From the NCBI GenBank assembly GCA_045646345.1, contig JAZRKN010000015.1:96001-160000 (forward strand): a stretch of 64,000 nt of DNA, written 5' to 3'. The translations under genes were made by a program, and so were the position numbers. Positions 11,158 to 21,461 of this stretch are shown here, piece by piece. Position 1 is the stretch's first letter. Each line of letters opens with the position of its first letter. Below the pieces are notes generated by a model. That model was not told the origin of the DNA. It did not search any database and saw only the letters and a list, made by a program, of their open reading frames with translations. The DNA is from Candidatus Scatovivens sp. Lineage in GTDB: Bacteria; Bacillota; Clostridia; TANB77; CAG-508.

Positions 11158-11193
11158 ATTTTTTCCCTTTCTTATATATTCTTATATTAAAGT

Positions 11194-11228
11194 AAAGTGG
11201 TATATAAGTATAAAATATATACCACTTT
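11194..11228 (-). terminator. Intra-operon hairpin (terminator or mRNA-stabilising stem)
   Basis: AAAGTGGTATATA-loop-TATATACCACTTT just downstream of the 11244-11726 stop. Confidence 0.6.
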
Positions 11229-11243
11229 TATTTACTTATTTAA

Positions 11244-11726
11244 TTATTTTCTTAATATTGGTTCCATCTTATCTGTTTTGCTGTAAGATACATTAATGTA
11301 ATCTATTAAGCCATTATCTTGATAAGATATCTCAACCCAATATTTATGTTTTGCATCTATAGCTGTTTTAATTTTTTCTAATTCTTTAATATAAACAGAA
11401 TTATTATCAGCTTCTGGTATTCCAGAATCCAATGTTTTATCTGATGTTTCTAAAATAACACCAGGAATTTTTGTTACTTCTGCTTTATTTACATTAGAAT
11501 TAGATATTAATGTCACTATTAATGCTTTTAGATTTGCTCCTGATTGTTCTCCTTCATACATAGTAAACTTTAGATTGAACGCATCAATTTCTTGCGTAGA
11601 CATTGAAAGCATTGCACTATCTACAGTTCCTTTTGATGAATTAGTTATATAAATTCCTGAAGCAATTATTAATACTACAACTAATATAGCTCCAGCTATT
11701 AATAGAGCTTTTGAAGTATTTTCCAT
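11244..11726 (-). CDS. Pilin-like protein (paralog of 11743-12246)
   Basis: MENTSKALLIAGAILVVVLII..SMSTQEIDAFN..F..YEG.Q.G, clearly similar to the upstream gene. Confidence 0.7.
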   Translation of the reverse strand: MENTSKALLIAGAILVVVLIIASGIYITNSSKGTVDSAMLSMSTQEIDAFNLKFTMYEGEQSGANLKALIVTLISNSNVNKAEVTKIPGVILETSDKTLDSGIPEADNNSVYIKELEKIKTAIDAKHKYWVEISYQDNGLIDYINVSYSKTDKMEPILRK

Positions 11727-11742
11727 AATTTATTTTCCTTTA

Positions 11743-12246
11743 TTATCTTGTGTGATTATCTGGATTTTCTTTTACGTTTGCATCATAAGAAATTACTAAA
11801 TAATCGATAATACCATTGTCTTGGAAGTTAATTTCAATCCAATATTCATGTTTTGTTTCAACACTATTTCTAATTTTTCCTAATGTTGTAATATAGTTTT
11901 GTGGCATACCAGCATCGTTAGCGCCGAATTTTGCTTCCATATTATTTCTTTTTGTGTTGCTTAATTGGTTAATATAAACTTGAGGAACTTTTGCTGGTTC
12001 ATCTCTATATGTATCAGCATTAGCTATTAATCTTCCCATTAAAGCTTTAACGTTTGATCCTGTTTGAGCACCTTCATATCCTGTAAATTGGTTGTTGAAA
12101 GCGTCGATTTCTTGTGTTGACATTGATGTTAATGAATCTGTAATTGTACTTGATGCACTATTGTAAATAAACATACCAATAGCGATAATCAAAATACATA
12201 ATAAAATTGCACCTGCTATTAAAAGTGCCTTTGAAGCATTCTCCAT
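11743..12246 (-). CDS. Pilin-like protein, candidate major subunit
   Basis: MENASKALLIAGAILLCILIIAIG..SMSTQEIDAFNNQFTGYEGAQTG; strong AAGGAGG RBS. Confidence 0.7.
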   Translation of the reverse strand: MENASKALLIAGAILLCILIIAIGMFIYNSASSTITDSLTSMSTQEIDAFNNQFTGYEGAQTGSNVKALMGRLIANADTYRDEPAKVPQVYINQLSNTKRNNMEAKFGANDAGMPQNYITTLGKIRNSVETKHEYWIEINFQDNGIIDYLVISYDANVKENPDNHTR

Positions 12247-12322
12247 AACTTCATCCTCCTTAAAATTGTATATTTTATTTAAAATTAACTAGAAAACATT
12301 GTCTAGTATAACATTAAAAACT

Positions 12323-12757
12323 TTAGTATTCTTCGGCAATAAATGTCATTGTTGCAACTCTTCCTGTTTTTTCATGATATGTTATTTCTGAGCATTTAAA
12401 GTCGATTTCTCCAAAATGTCTTACAAAATTTGCTATATCAGATGATACAATTCTTTCCATACCTAACGTAATTTCATCTAGAGCTAATGTAACATAAATC
12501 TCTATACTAAATTCATCATCTAATACATATAAATTTTTCTCATCCTTTGTGATTGAATATTTTTCATTATTACTTGTTGCTTTATTTATAACTGAAATTA
12601 CATCTAAACCATTTATATCTTCTTTATTATACATTTCATATTGAGCATTAAATGATTCTATTTCTCTTTTCTTTGTTTGATATTCTTTATATTCAAAGAA
12701 AACTACAGCTGAAATTGCAATTACAATAATAACAATTACAAGAAAAAATTTTTTCAT
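12323..12757 (-). CDS. Pilin-like protein
   Basis: N-terminal TM then EIESFNAQYEMY...GLDVISVINKA, and C-terminal FKC..I.Y...TGRV shared with 13648-14499. Confidence 0.6.
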   Translation of the reverse strand: MKKFFLVIVIIVIAISAVVFFEYKEYQTKKREIESFNAQYEMYNKEDINGLDVISVINKATSNNEKYSITKDEKNLYVLDDEFSIEIYVTLALDEITLGMERIVSSDIANFVRHFGEIDFKCSEITYHEKTGRVATMTFIAEEY

Positions 12758-12883
12758 TTATAAAACCTACTTTTCTTTATGTTTTTATTTCATATGTCTG
12801 GTTGTATTTTATCTAATTATTCTTTTTTTTTCAATATCTATTAGTCAAAAAAATACATTTTTTATTAATACATTTTTATACTA

Positions 12884-13627
12884 TTATTTTTCAATTTTAT
12901 CCATATATTCAGGATTTATATATAGCTTTAACTTAATATACTTTACTTTTCCTGATATTTCATAATATGTAAATTCATCAGCAGATTCACATACAAAAAT
13001 ATATTTATACACTCTTCTGTTATTAGGAAGTAATCCTGATTGTGATAATGTTTCTATTTCAGTATTTATTGTTTGAGATTCTGGCACTGGCGGTGTTGGT
13101 CTATTTAAATCATTATATTCATCTGCACCATACACATCCAGAGTTATTTGTTGTCCTGCTATATCTTCTAATGTCTTTAATCTATTTATAGGACAATTTA
13201 ATAAATCATATGTCGAAACTACTTTTTTTGTAGCTCCACTTTCTAATAACATTGTATTTCTTTTGGTCAAGTATTTTTTTTCTTCTGGCTTAATTTTATT
13301 TGCATCTTTATAGTCACTTGGTATTGAATAAATTGTTCCTCCAATATCAACCTCCAATTGTACCGCCACATCTTTTGAATACTCAACAGCTTCATTTGTA
13401 CTATAAACCAAATTTGCTAATGTTACAACATCTGTTATCGTATTTGTAGTAGAATCAAAAATTTCAAATTGGCTATTATATTTTTCTAATTGTAAATTTA
13501 TATGCTGTTCATCATGAACTCTTGAAACATTTCCTCCAGCTCTAAACATAATAATCATTATTGTTAAAAGAAATACTCCAAGTAGTACTGTAGCAGCCAT
13601 TATCAACGCTCTTGAGCCATTTTCCAT
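12884..13627 (-). CDS. Pilin-like protein
   Basis: MENGSRALIMAATVLLG; LEKYNSQFEIF...DVVTLAN; C-terminal FVC..Y..SGKV. Confidence 0.65.
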   Translation of the reverse strand: MENGSRALIMAATVLLGVFLLTIMIIMFRAGGNVSRVHDEQHINLQLEKYNSQFEIFDSTTNTITDVVTLANLVYSTNEAVEYSKDVAVQLEVDIGGTIYSIPSDYKDANKIKPEEKKYLTKRNTMLLESGATKKVVSTYDLLNCPINRLKTLEDIAGQQITLDVYGADEYNDLNRPTPPVPESQTINTEIETLSQSGLLPNNRRVYKYIFVCESADEFTYYEISGKVKYIKLKLYINPEYMDKIEK

Positions 13628-13647
13628 AGATTACCTACTCCTATATT

Positions 13648-14499
13648 TTATATTTCTGAAAAGTATATTTCATTAACTCTTCCTGTTACATCACTATATT
13701 TTATATCATCACATTGAAAGCGTCTAGTTTTAAAATCATATAACGCTGTAGTCCAAACTGCAGTACTCCATTTTTTTAATTCATTTTGATCTCCATAATT
13801 AGTAACAGTTTGTTTCATATTTGTACTAGCTAAACTAACTAAATTTTGAAGCGCTGTTGCAGGTGTTAATTTATTATCTTTAAATAAACTATTAGCATAA
13901 GTTCCTGGACTAGCAGTAACTGCTAAAGGCTCTAGCCCTCCTAATTGCCCCGAACTTGATATTTCAACATATTTAGTTCCTAGGGAAGTAGTTTTATCAA
14001 AAGATGAATATGATTTTGCAGATCCAGCAACGTCTTTAGAATTAAATACAAAACCAACGTCTCCCATCGTTATTGAATTTAAATCTGGTCTTGTTTCTGA
14101 TTCCAATAACATTTTTTGTTTATTAAATCCAGAAGCATTTTCATCAAAGTAATAAATTTCTAAAGATTCTTCTAAATTTGAATTAATATTTACATAAACA
14201 TTAATCCAATATGTTTGACCATATTTATTTCCTGTTAAATATTTTCCACCTTCAACATATTTCTCATTATTACTTTGAGCCTTCGTTAAGCAAGATATAA
14301 CATCTGCTCCATACATTGCCTTTTTATCATAAACTTCATATTCTAAATTAAATTTTGATAATTGCTCTGCTGTTTCCATTGAGTCTTCTTCCAACGGCCA
14401 TAATCTAACCGTTGAAAAGAAGTAAGCAATAAGAGACATTATTAATACAGCAACTAAAACTCCAGCTGCTATTTCTATGGCTTTCGCAGCATTTTCCAT
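13648..14499 (-). CDS. Pilin-like protein
   Basis: MENAAKAIEIAAGVLVA; LSKFNLEYEVY...GADVISCLTKA; C-terminal FQC..IKY..TGRV. Confidence 0.65.
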   Translation of the reverse strand: MENAAKAIEIAAGVLVAVLIMSLIAYFFSTVRLWPLEEDSMETAEQLSKFNLEYEVYDKKAMYGADVISCLTKAQSNNEKYVEGGKYLTGNKYGQTYWINVYVNINSNLEESLEIYYFDENASGFNKQKMLLESETRPDLNSITMGDVGFVFNSKDVAGSAKSYSSFDKTTSLGTKYVEISSSGQLGGLEPLAVTASPGTYANSLFKDNKLTPATALQNLVSLASTNMKQTVTNYGDQNELKKWSTAVWTTALYDFKTRRFQCDDIKYSDVTGRVNEIYFSEI

Positions 14500-14518
14500 A
14501 TTAATTTACCTTTCTTTA

Positions 14519-16591
14519 TTACATTGACATTGAAGACATTGTAGAGAATGCTTCTGTCATACTTGTCATACCGATTACACACATTGGTACAATTAAGTAA
14601 CCAACAAATAGTATTACCATCGGTGCAAAACCAATTGCAGTTCCTATTTTTGATTTTCTTGCAATTAATCTTTCGTTTGACTCTTTTCTCTTTTCTTGAT
14701 GGTAAGCTCTTTCTGTGTCTAACTCGTCAAAAGCTTCTCTGATTGGTATTTGTTCAACTGCAGCTTGTAAGCTTTCTACGATTCTTATTAATTGTTGGAA
14801 TGATATATCGTTTTTCAATTCCTCTAATGCTTCCCATGGTCCACTTTCGTAGTTGTTTACACACTTACTGATTGGTTCTCTAAATATATTAGAATATCTC
14901 TCTAACCATTCAAGAATCATCTCAACGTTAACCCTTTCAATTTTCATAAGCATTAAGATAATTGTTTGGAATTGCATTACTTCATTTTCCATATCCATTT
15001 GTCTCATGATTTTTTGGAATATTAAAAGCCACACAGGTCCTTGATATGAAATTACCATTATAACCAATGCAATTAATACTTCAAACCATTTGATATATTC
15101 AGATTGAACAATTTGTAATTTTCCCCAAATTCTTGTTTTAATTGTTTCTAATTCTTCTGCAGAACTCATTCCATATTGATCTGATTCTGCAATTGCTTCT
15201 AATAATTTTTCTTCAGTTATATCATAGTCATTTTGATATTTTTCCAAAAAATAATTATCTTTTTCTGTTGTTTCTCTAGCTTTCTTTTCTTGAGACTCTG
15301 ACATTGTTCCAAGTAAGTTATAATCAGCTGTTGGCTCAGTAAATTGATAATTTATTGCCATTTTATGTGCTGCAAACATTATTATAATACCTAAAATGAA
15401 ACCTAAAACAGCAATCCCAAGTCTATTTATGTATAACCATTCAATTTTTAATTTTGACGCTGAGTCTTTTAATAATTGAACTATTTTTCTAAAATCTTTA
15501 GATCCTTGTTTTGGTATAAACAAATCAACAAATTTTTTAACATATGGCTTTTTATATAATTTTGCTTGCCATGGATTTTCCATATTTTTCGCTGTGTTTA
15601 CACTACCGTTATCTTTTAATTTTCTTACTATTATAAATGATAAGAATGTTAAAATAATAAGTCCTACTTGAACCAAGAATCCTAAAGTTCCATTGTAGAA
15701 TTGTCTTGTAAATGCGAACTGTCCAATAGCCCAGTTCTTTACAACATCCAAGAATAATATTGGTACTGCAGAAATCATTGATAGAGATTGGAATGTATAA
15801 TCTAATTTATCTCTTTTCATAATTTCTATTTGCATCTCTTGAGTAATATTGTTTAAGTTCTTCAAATATAAAGATGCACCGTCTTTATCTTTTCTATCAC
15901 CAAACTCTTTTGTTAAGTATGATACTCCGGCAAACTCTTTTAAGTAACTATTTGGTGATATATCATAATATTTTTCAAGTTCAGTTTCTGGATCATCAGA
16001 AATTAAAACTTCATATATTTTTTCAGCTTGTCTTGATACTTCTTTTTCATCATCTTGTGATACTTCATAAATCGCTTCTTCAACCATGTTATATTCGTGA
16101 TAAGCATGTCTGATTTCAGCAAAGAAATCTAATTGTTCTCTTAATAATTTATTGTCAATTCCATCAACCATACCTTCTAAAAGAGATTCAAGGAAGAACA
16201 ACTCAAATAACAATAGTGAACTTAATAATAGGTAGTTTGAATGTGTCATGTAAATTACAAAACCAGTTAAAGGTACTACTAATACAACTGCTTTAAACAT
16301 AATTTTAGCAACTTGTTTTCTTGTAATGTACTCATCTTCTAAGTTGATAATCTCTAATCTTCTTCTTAATTTTAGAGTATATCTTCTTAAGAATGGTAAA
16401 TTAACACATTTAATATAGAATTTTTGATAAAAAACATCCATACTAAATGAAGACTTTTTAGTTCCTTCAACTAATTGTTTTACATATTTAGTATTCTTGT
16501 TTTGCATTTTGCTACTCATTATCACATATGCAAGAACAAGAATCCCCAATAAGCCACCTACAATAGCTATTAATAATACTGGTAAACTCAT
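14519..16591 (-). CDS. Fused TadB/TadC-like pilus platform membrane protein
   Basis: Two repeats of a TM-cytoplasmic-TM T2SSF-like arrangement, directly downstream of the TadA-like ATPase. Confidence 0.65.
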   Translation of the reverse strand: MSLPVLLIAIVGGLLGILVLAYVIMSSKMQNKNTKYVKQLVEGTKKSSFSMDVFYQKFYIKCVNLPFLRRYTLKLRRRLEIINLEDEYITRKQVAKIMFKAVVLVVPLTGFVIYMTHSNYLLLSSLLLFELFFLESLLEGMVDGIDNKLLREQLDFFAEIRHAYHEYNMVEEAIYEVSQDDEKEVSRQAEKIYEVLISDDPETELEKYYDISPNSYLKEFAGVSYLTKEFGDRKDKDGASLYLKNLNNITQEMQIEIMKRDKLDYTFQSLSMISAVPILFLDVVKNWAIGQFAFTRQFYNGTLGFLVQVGLIILTFLSFIIVRKLKDNGSVNTAKNMENPWQAKLYKKPYVKKFVDLFIPKQGSKDFRKIVQLLKDSASKLKIEWLYINRLGIAVLGFILGIIIMFAAHKMAINYQFTEPTADYNLLGTMSESQEKKARETTEKDNYFLEKYQNDYDITEEKLLEAIAESDQYGMSSAEELETIKTRIWGKLQIVQSEYIKWFEVLIALVIMVISYQGPVWLLIFQKIMRQMDMENEVMQFQTIILMLMKIERVNVEMILEWLERYSNIFREPISKCVNNYESGPWEALEELKNDISFQQLIRIVESLQAAVEQIPIREAFDELDTERAYHQEKRKESNERLIARKSKIGTAIGFAPMVILFVGYLIVPMCVIGMTSMTEAFSTMSSMSM

Positions 16592-16635
16592 TTAGTTGCT
16601 TCCTCTCTTTCTAAAGTTTATAGTCTTTATCTTTT

Positions 16636-18747
16636 TTATACTGTTGGTTTATTTTGATTTTGTGTAGCAGTTCCTGATTTTGGTTTTTGTGTTGCTTGTG
16701 CATTAGATGTAGTTGTTACAGGTCTTTGTTTTACTGCATTTGCCCCTTGTGGTTGATTTGGTCTTGGAACCTTTTTAACTTCTGGTGCAACTTCTTTTTT
16801 CTCTTCTGTTTTTGGTTCCTCTTTTATTTCGTTTCCATTTTCATCATATTTTGGTAATTTTGGAGGTTTAATTCCCCAGTTTCTTTCTAAGAACGCATCA
16901 AATGCAACAACGTCTGTGTCATTCATGTTTTCTCTCATACCTCTAATATTCTCAGGAGATATTGGATTTGTTAAAACATAAGCATCGTCAGCAAACTCTA
17001 ATACGTTATGATATTTATATAACTCTCTGTTTGTTTGTTTTGTAAAGAATACAGTACAGTTATCGAAAAATTTATCAAATTTTCCTTCTAATGTTTTTTC
17101 ATTTCTATGGTCGAATGTATATTCATTTTTTTCTTCTACAGGCACACACTCTGTTACTCTTTCGATGTAACGTCTACCTCTAAAGTCTTTAACTAAGTGA
17201 ATGTTAAAGTTTAAAACTTGAACAACTTGCTCTGCAGCTGTTTGTTCGTCTTTGAAAACACCAGCTCTTAACATTGAGTTACGAAGAGCTGTAACTAAGT
17301 TAGGGAATGTTTTAGCGTGGTGAGTAAACAATGTAAACTTAGAAGCAACTTGGGCAGATTGGATCATCCAAGATGCAACGGGGTCAGTAGCAACCTCACC
17401 GATGATGTTAACAGAACCGTCAGTTTTCTTTTGAACGTCTAGACAGTCTTGTCCAGAAATTGTTTCAGTTTCACGCATTGATACGATATTTCTTGTTGGA
17501 TAAATTTTTCTTAAGTGAAGCTCGAACGCAGTTTCTGTGATACGAAGGTTCATTGTTTCGTATATATTTTCGATCATCGCCATAAGCATTGTTGTTTTAC
17601 CACAACCTTGCTCTCCTGTTAGGGCTATAATTCTAGCACCTTTAACTAGGAATTTTAATAATTCAATTGTTTCTTCTTTTCCTTCAAATTTAATGATTTG
17701 TTCTAGAGTAGCTCTTTTAACGTCGAACTTTCTTACGAAGAATGCCCAAGTTTCGCACATTGATGGTCTAACAACAACGACACGAGAACCGTCTTTCATT
17801 TCATTAATTTTGAATCCATTTGTGTCAGATAACTGACCAGGGTTATTATATTTATAAATATTTTGACATACTCTTTTTAATTCAGCTTCTGTACCAAAAG
17901 ATAAGAATGCTAAACGAATAGATTTACCTTGGAAGAATATCCATATAGCATCACAGGCTCTTGGTATTTTTGATTCCATAGCTTGTTTTAAATAGTCTCC
18001 ATCAGTTTGAGCAACTTGGCTTAAGAATGATTCTGGAAGACCAGAAGTACCACCTGATACACCGTCTATGTTCATATCTCTGATTTCATCTATACTACTG
18101 AAACCTTTATATTTTTGATAAATTCTTTGAACTACAACTTCTAGTTTATCTGGAAAGTCTAGATGGATTTGCTCTTGTTCATAAATATCATCAATCTCTT
18201 CTTTTGTTATAACATAACAAGGTTTAGATTCACCTTCTACATATTTTAAAGCAGCTAAGTTATATTTTTTAATAATCTCAGTTAGAGCTTCATATGAGAA
18301 TGTTTTTTTGTATTCATGAATTAAAATATCAAATTTATCTTGAGCAGTTAATAAAGATGGAGTATCAAATGGAATTGCTTTAGAAATATTTGTTTCATCA
18401 ACACCATATTCTTTTGATAATAAGTCATATATTAATTCTTTAACATATTTCTTATCATTAACGTCTCCATATGTACAACCTTTAAGAGCTTTCTTTAATT
18501 CATATTTTTTCGCTCTTCTTCTTTTTAATTCTTCTTCTGATAAACCTATATCATATAAGTTTATTTTTGTAATTTCATCTAATCTTTGTTTAACGAACTT
18601 AACCATTTTATCCATTGTAAAAGTTTTGTCGTCAACTTCAATTGATTCTTCTATTTCAGCATTTTGATTTTTCTTAATCAAATAAACAACTAATGATATA
18701 AAACCAACAATTGCAACAAAGATTAAAGCTAAATTTGGTATATCCAT
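16636..18747 (-). CDS. tadA: TadA/CpaF-family pilus assembly ATPase with N-terminal TM helix
   Basis: DGSRVVVVRP..FFVRKF, Walker A GEQGCGKT, Asp box ETAFEL, Walker B IIGEV, His box FTHHA. Confidence 0.85.
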   Translation of the reverse strand: MDIPNLALIFVAIVGFISLVVYLIKKNQNAEIEESIEVDDKTFTMDKMVKFVKQRLDEITKINLYDIGLSEEELKRRRAKKYELKKALKGCTYGDVNDKKYVKELIYDLLSKEYGVDETNISKAIPFDTPSLLTAQDKFDILIHEYKKTFSYEALTEIIKKYNLAALKYVEGESKPCYVITKEEIDDIYEQEQIHLDFPDKLEVVVQRIYQKYKGFSSIDEIRDMNIDGVSGGTSGLPESFLSQVAQTDGDYLKQAMESKIPRACDAIWIFFQGKSIRLAFLSFGTEAELKRVCQNIYKYNNPGQLSDTNGFKINEMKDGSRVVVVRPSMCETWAFFVRKFDVKRATLEQIIKFEGKEETIELLKFLVKGARIIALTGEQGCGKTTMLMAMIENIYETMNLRITETAFELHLRKIYPTRNIVSMRETETISGQDCLDVQKKTDGSVNIIGEVATDPVASWMIQSAQVASKFTLFTHHAKTFPNLVTALRNSMLRAGVFKDEQTAAEQVVQVLNFNIHLVKDFRGRRYIERVTECVPVEEKNEYTFDHRNEKTLEGKFDKFFDNCTVFFTKQTNRELYKYHNVLEFADDAYVLTNPISPENIRGMRENMNDTDVVAFDAFLERNWGIKPPKLPKYDENGNEIKEEPKTEEKKEVAPEVKKVPRPNQPQGANAVKQRPVTTTSNAQATQKPKSGTATQNQNKPTV

Positions 18748-18774
18748 CTAAAGGTCCCCTTCCTTTAAAACTTA

Positions 18775-19635
18775 TTATGTTTTTAAATTTAATTCTTTTA
18801 GTTTTTCTATTATTCTCTTGCATGCATTTTCTACTGCATCAGCAAATTCTGCATTTTTATCATTTAACTTACCAGCTAATCTTGTAGTTAAGAAAAATTG
18901 AGCTACTCCAGCTTCACAAATATTTTTTACAAATGATGCATTGTATGGTATCGCAACAATTTCTCTTTTTTCATTTATATATCTTGTATAATTTTTTGGA
19001 TTATACACAGTATTTTCATCTGAATTTGAAAGTAATGGAATTACTTTTTCTTTTTTCAGTAAATCTGGAAATTTTTTCATAACCTCCAAATATTCATCTG
19101 CTTGTCTTAAATTTTTTGTAAAATTATATATTATTATGTGTGATGTTTCTAATAAAGTTCTTGTTGTTTCAGCACTCAGAGTTTTTTCTAAATCTACAAA
19201 AACTAAATCATAGTATTTATCAGCTGCTTTCAACAAATCTTTATATAACATTACTGATTTTATATAATCTTCTCTTACTTTTGTTTTTAGTCCACAAACA
19301 ACATCTAGTCTATTTTTAAACACAACTCTTGTAAAATTTGTTATAACTTCTGGAGTAGCTTTATTACTTGCAACAGCACTTACTAAACCTTCTGCTCCAG
19401 ATGAAATATCCATTTTTCCTTTGTTTAATTGTTTTGCAATGTCTTTTTTGGCATTTGTATTTACATTCCAAAAACATCTTTCCAATGTATCATCATCAAA
19501 AGTTGCATCTATTAATAATATCTTGTAATTGTGTTCTATCGCCATTTGTGTAGCTATGGAAGCAATTGAAACTGTTTGACCAGACTCTTTTTTGCTACCA
19601 CTCCAAAAACCAATTATCGCCATATTTTCCTCCAA
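18775..19635 (-). CDS. MinD/ParA-like (TadZ/CpaE-like) protein
   Basis: IIGFWSGSKKESGQT deviant P-loop, KILLIDA, YDLVFVDL. Confidence 0.7.
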   Translation of the reverse strand: MEENMAIIGFWSGSKKESGQTVSIASIATQMAIEHNYKILLIDATFDDDTLERCFWNVNTNAKKDIAKQLNKGKMDISSGAEGLVSAVASNKATPEVITNFTRVVFKNRLDVVCGLKTKVREDYIKSVMLYKDLLKAADKYYDLVFVDLEKTLSAETTRTLLETSHIIIYNFTKNLRQADEYLEVMKKFPDLLKKEKVIPLLSNSDENTVYNPKNYTRYINEKREIVAIPYNASFVKNICEAGVAQFFLTTRLAGKLNDKNAEFADAVENACKRIIEKLKELNLKT

Positions 19636-19638
19636 ATA

Positions 19639-20319
19639 TTAATTTCTTTCAATCATTTTTACGGCTTTCTTTATATTTCCATTAGACTCTCCGCTAATTT
19701 CTTCAGCCATAAATGATATTCCATCTACATATTGGATACTTACTCCTTTTAATTGTATTCTTCCTGAACGTTGATTTGCAAATATAGCATTTTGATCTGC
19801 AAGATCAAATGGGAAATATAGCACATCTTTTGCCCATTTAATTTTCAAGCCTTTCGCCAAATAATTTAAGTACTTATCTTCTTCTGGTAACATATCTTTT
19901 GTAAACAAAACTTTAGTTACTTCTATTGGTTCTTCTATTTTCTTGAAAACTTGTAACCCTCTTCTCAAACTGTATACATCAAACGAAGTAATAAAATATT
20001 TTTTATCTTCTGTTTTTATTTGATAATAATAATATCCTCTGTATGAATCTATATCTATTAAAGCATAATCATAATCAAGAGCTCCACCTTTGAACTCTTG
20101 AATTTGATTAAAATTTTCGAATCCGATTGCAATATCTATTTTTTCGAATGTAGTAATATATTGTTTAAGCGCTTTCATAGTAGGTACGATATATCTAGTT
20201 TTTTGTGTAACTGTAGAGTCCACTACTAGTACTTTTTTTCCTAGATTAACTAGTGTTTTCGCTATATATATAATCATATCAGCTTTATCATAACTTCCTA
20301 TAAAAGCGACCTTTTTCAT
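19639..20319 (-). CDS. Degenerate MinD/ParA-like protein
   Basis: VAFIGSYDK..GKKVLVVDST..YDYALIDID; P-loop eroded. Confidence 0.6.
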   Translation of the reverse strand: MKKVAFIGSYDKADMIIYIAKTLVNLGKKVLVVDSTVTQKTRYIVPTMKALKQYITTFEKIDIAIGFENFNQIQEFKGGALDYDYALIDIDSYRGYYYYQIKTEDKKYFITSFDVYSLRRGLQVFKKIEEPIEVTKVLFTKDMLPEEDKYLNYLAKGLKIKWAKDVLYFPFDLADQNAIFANQRSGRIQLKGVSIQYVDGISFMAEEISGESNGNIKKAVKMIERN

Positions 20320-20334
20320 ACATTCCTCCTAATT

Positions 20335-21300
20335 TTATCTTGTGAATCCTATATCTTCAGTTCCTGCTAATGATTCAACATAAGCTTGTCTAGCAGCTTG
20401 AACTCTTCCTGCTTCTTCTTGTGTTTTTGATTGAACAATACTGTTTATTGAATCTCTGTATTTATCTAATAATGTTTCTATATTTGTTGTTCTTCCTACA
20501 GAATCATATCTTAACCATAAATTATCTTTAGCTTCTTGTGTAATGTTAGGGCTGTTTTGAATCATTGTTAGAACAGCACCACTAACTGTATATGTAGCTT
20601 CTGAAGCTTTTTGCATTCCTGGATCTGTATATTGTGTTGCATATAATTTAGAACCAGCAATTACATAAGACTCAACAATAGCATTGTTAATAGTTAACAT
20701 TTCTTCTTCATCCATATAGAACCATATTCCTGTTGCATCTGTTCCTAAAACTTTCTTTTTACCTAAAACAACATAATCTTGTCCTGTTGGTAAAGATAAT
20801 CTTATATCAACATAGTCACCATTTTTTAATTGTGATGGTAATAGAATCATATTATATTCTTGAATTCTTTCAGTATTAGATACTTCTTCATCAGCTTCTA
20901 TAAACATGTCTTTTGTTACAAAAGCTCCAGCTGGAACATCAACTCTCATAACTAATTCTTTATATTTTTGAGTACCATCCTCATTATATCTAACTTCAAT
21001 ATTTCCTTCTGAATCAAAATATTCATAATCATCTTGAGAAATCAATGTAGATTGGTCTATTGTTGTTTGAACAGTAGCCATTGTAAAGTCTTCTTCTAAT
21101 GTTATTGTTTCTCCTGATTCTAAATCATCAGCTGCTACATAACATTGTACTTGTAAAGCTTTTAACGCTTCTTTTTCTTCGTTAATTGTTTTTATTCTCA
21201 TTGATAAAGCAATTACAACAAAAGACATTATTATCAATGTTAATAAAACTCCTATAAAAAACGAATTTCTTGCTCTTCTTTGCATTGGATTCATTGCCAT
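20335..21300 (-). CDS. SAF-domain CpaB/RcpC-like pilus assembly protein
   Basis: N-terminal TM, YVAADDLESGETIT (SAF-like), LKNGDYVDIRL..GQDYVVL; first gene of the Tad-like operon. Confidence 0.7.
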   Translation of the reverse strand: MAMNPMQRRARNSFFIGVLLTLIIMSFVVIALSMRIKTINEEKEALKALQVQCYVAADDLESGETITLEEDFTMATVQTTIDQSTLISQDDYEYFDSEGNIEVRYNEDGTQKYKELVMRVDVPAGAFVTKDMFIEADEEVSNTERIQEYNMILLPSQLKNGDYVDIRLSLPTGQDYVVLGKKKVLGTDATGIWFYMDEEEMLTINNAIVESYVIAGSKLYATQYTDPGMQKASEATYTVSGAVLTMIQNSPNITQEAKDNLWLRYDSVGRTTNIETLLDKYRDSINSIVQSKTQEEAGRVQAARQAYVESLAGTEDIGFTR

Positions 21301-21461
21301 GTTAAGTTCCTCCCTTTATTACATGTATAATTTATAAAATCTCATTTTTACAATATTCTCACAGAATATCATTTTCTTTATTCTACAACAATTTCGGTCT
21401 AAAATCAACGAAACCAGACATTGTAATACAAACTTATTTTGTTTGTAATACATTTGTAAAA

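Noticed and set aside
21301-21461. c-di-GMP riboswitch upstream of the pilus operon (also checked 44958-45169, 46915-47233, 57623-57835)
   Set aside because: No GC-containing stems or recognisable consensus by eye. An Infernal/Rfam scan would be needed to exclude it formally.
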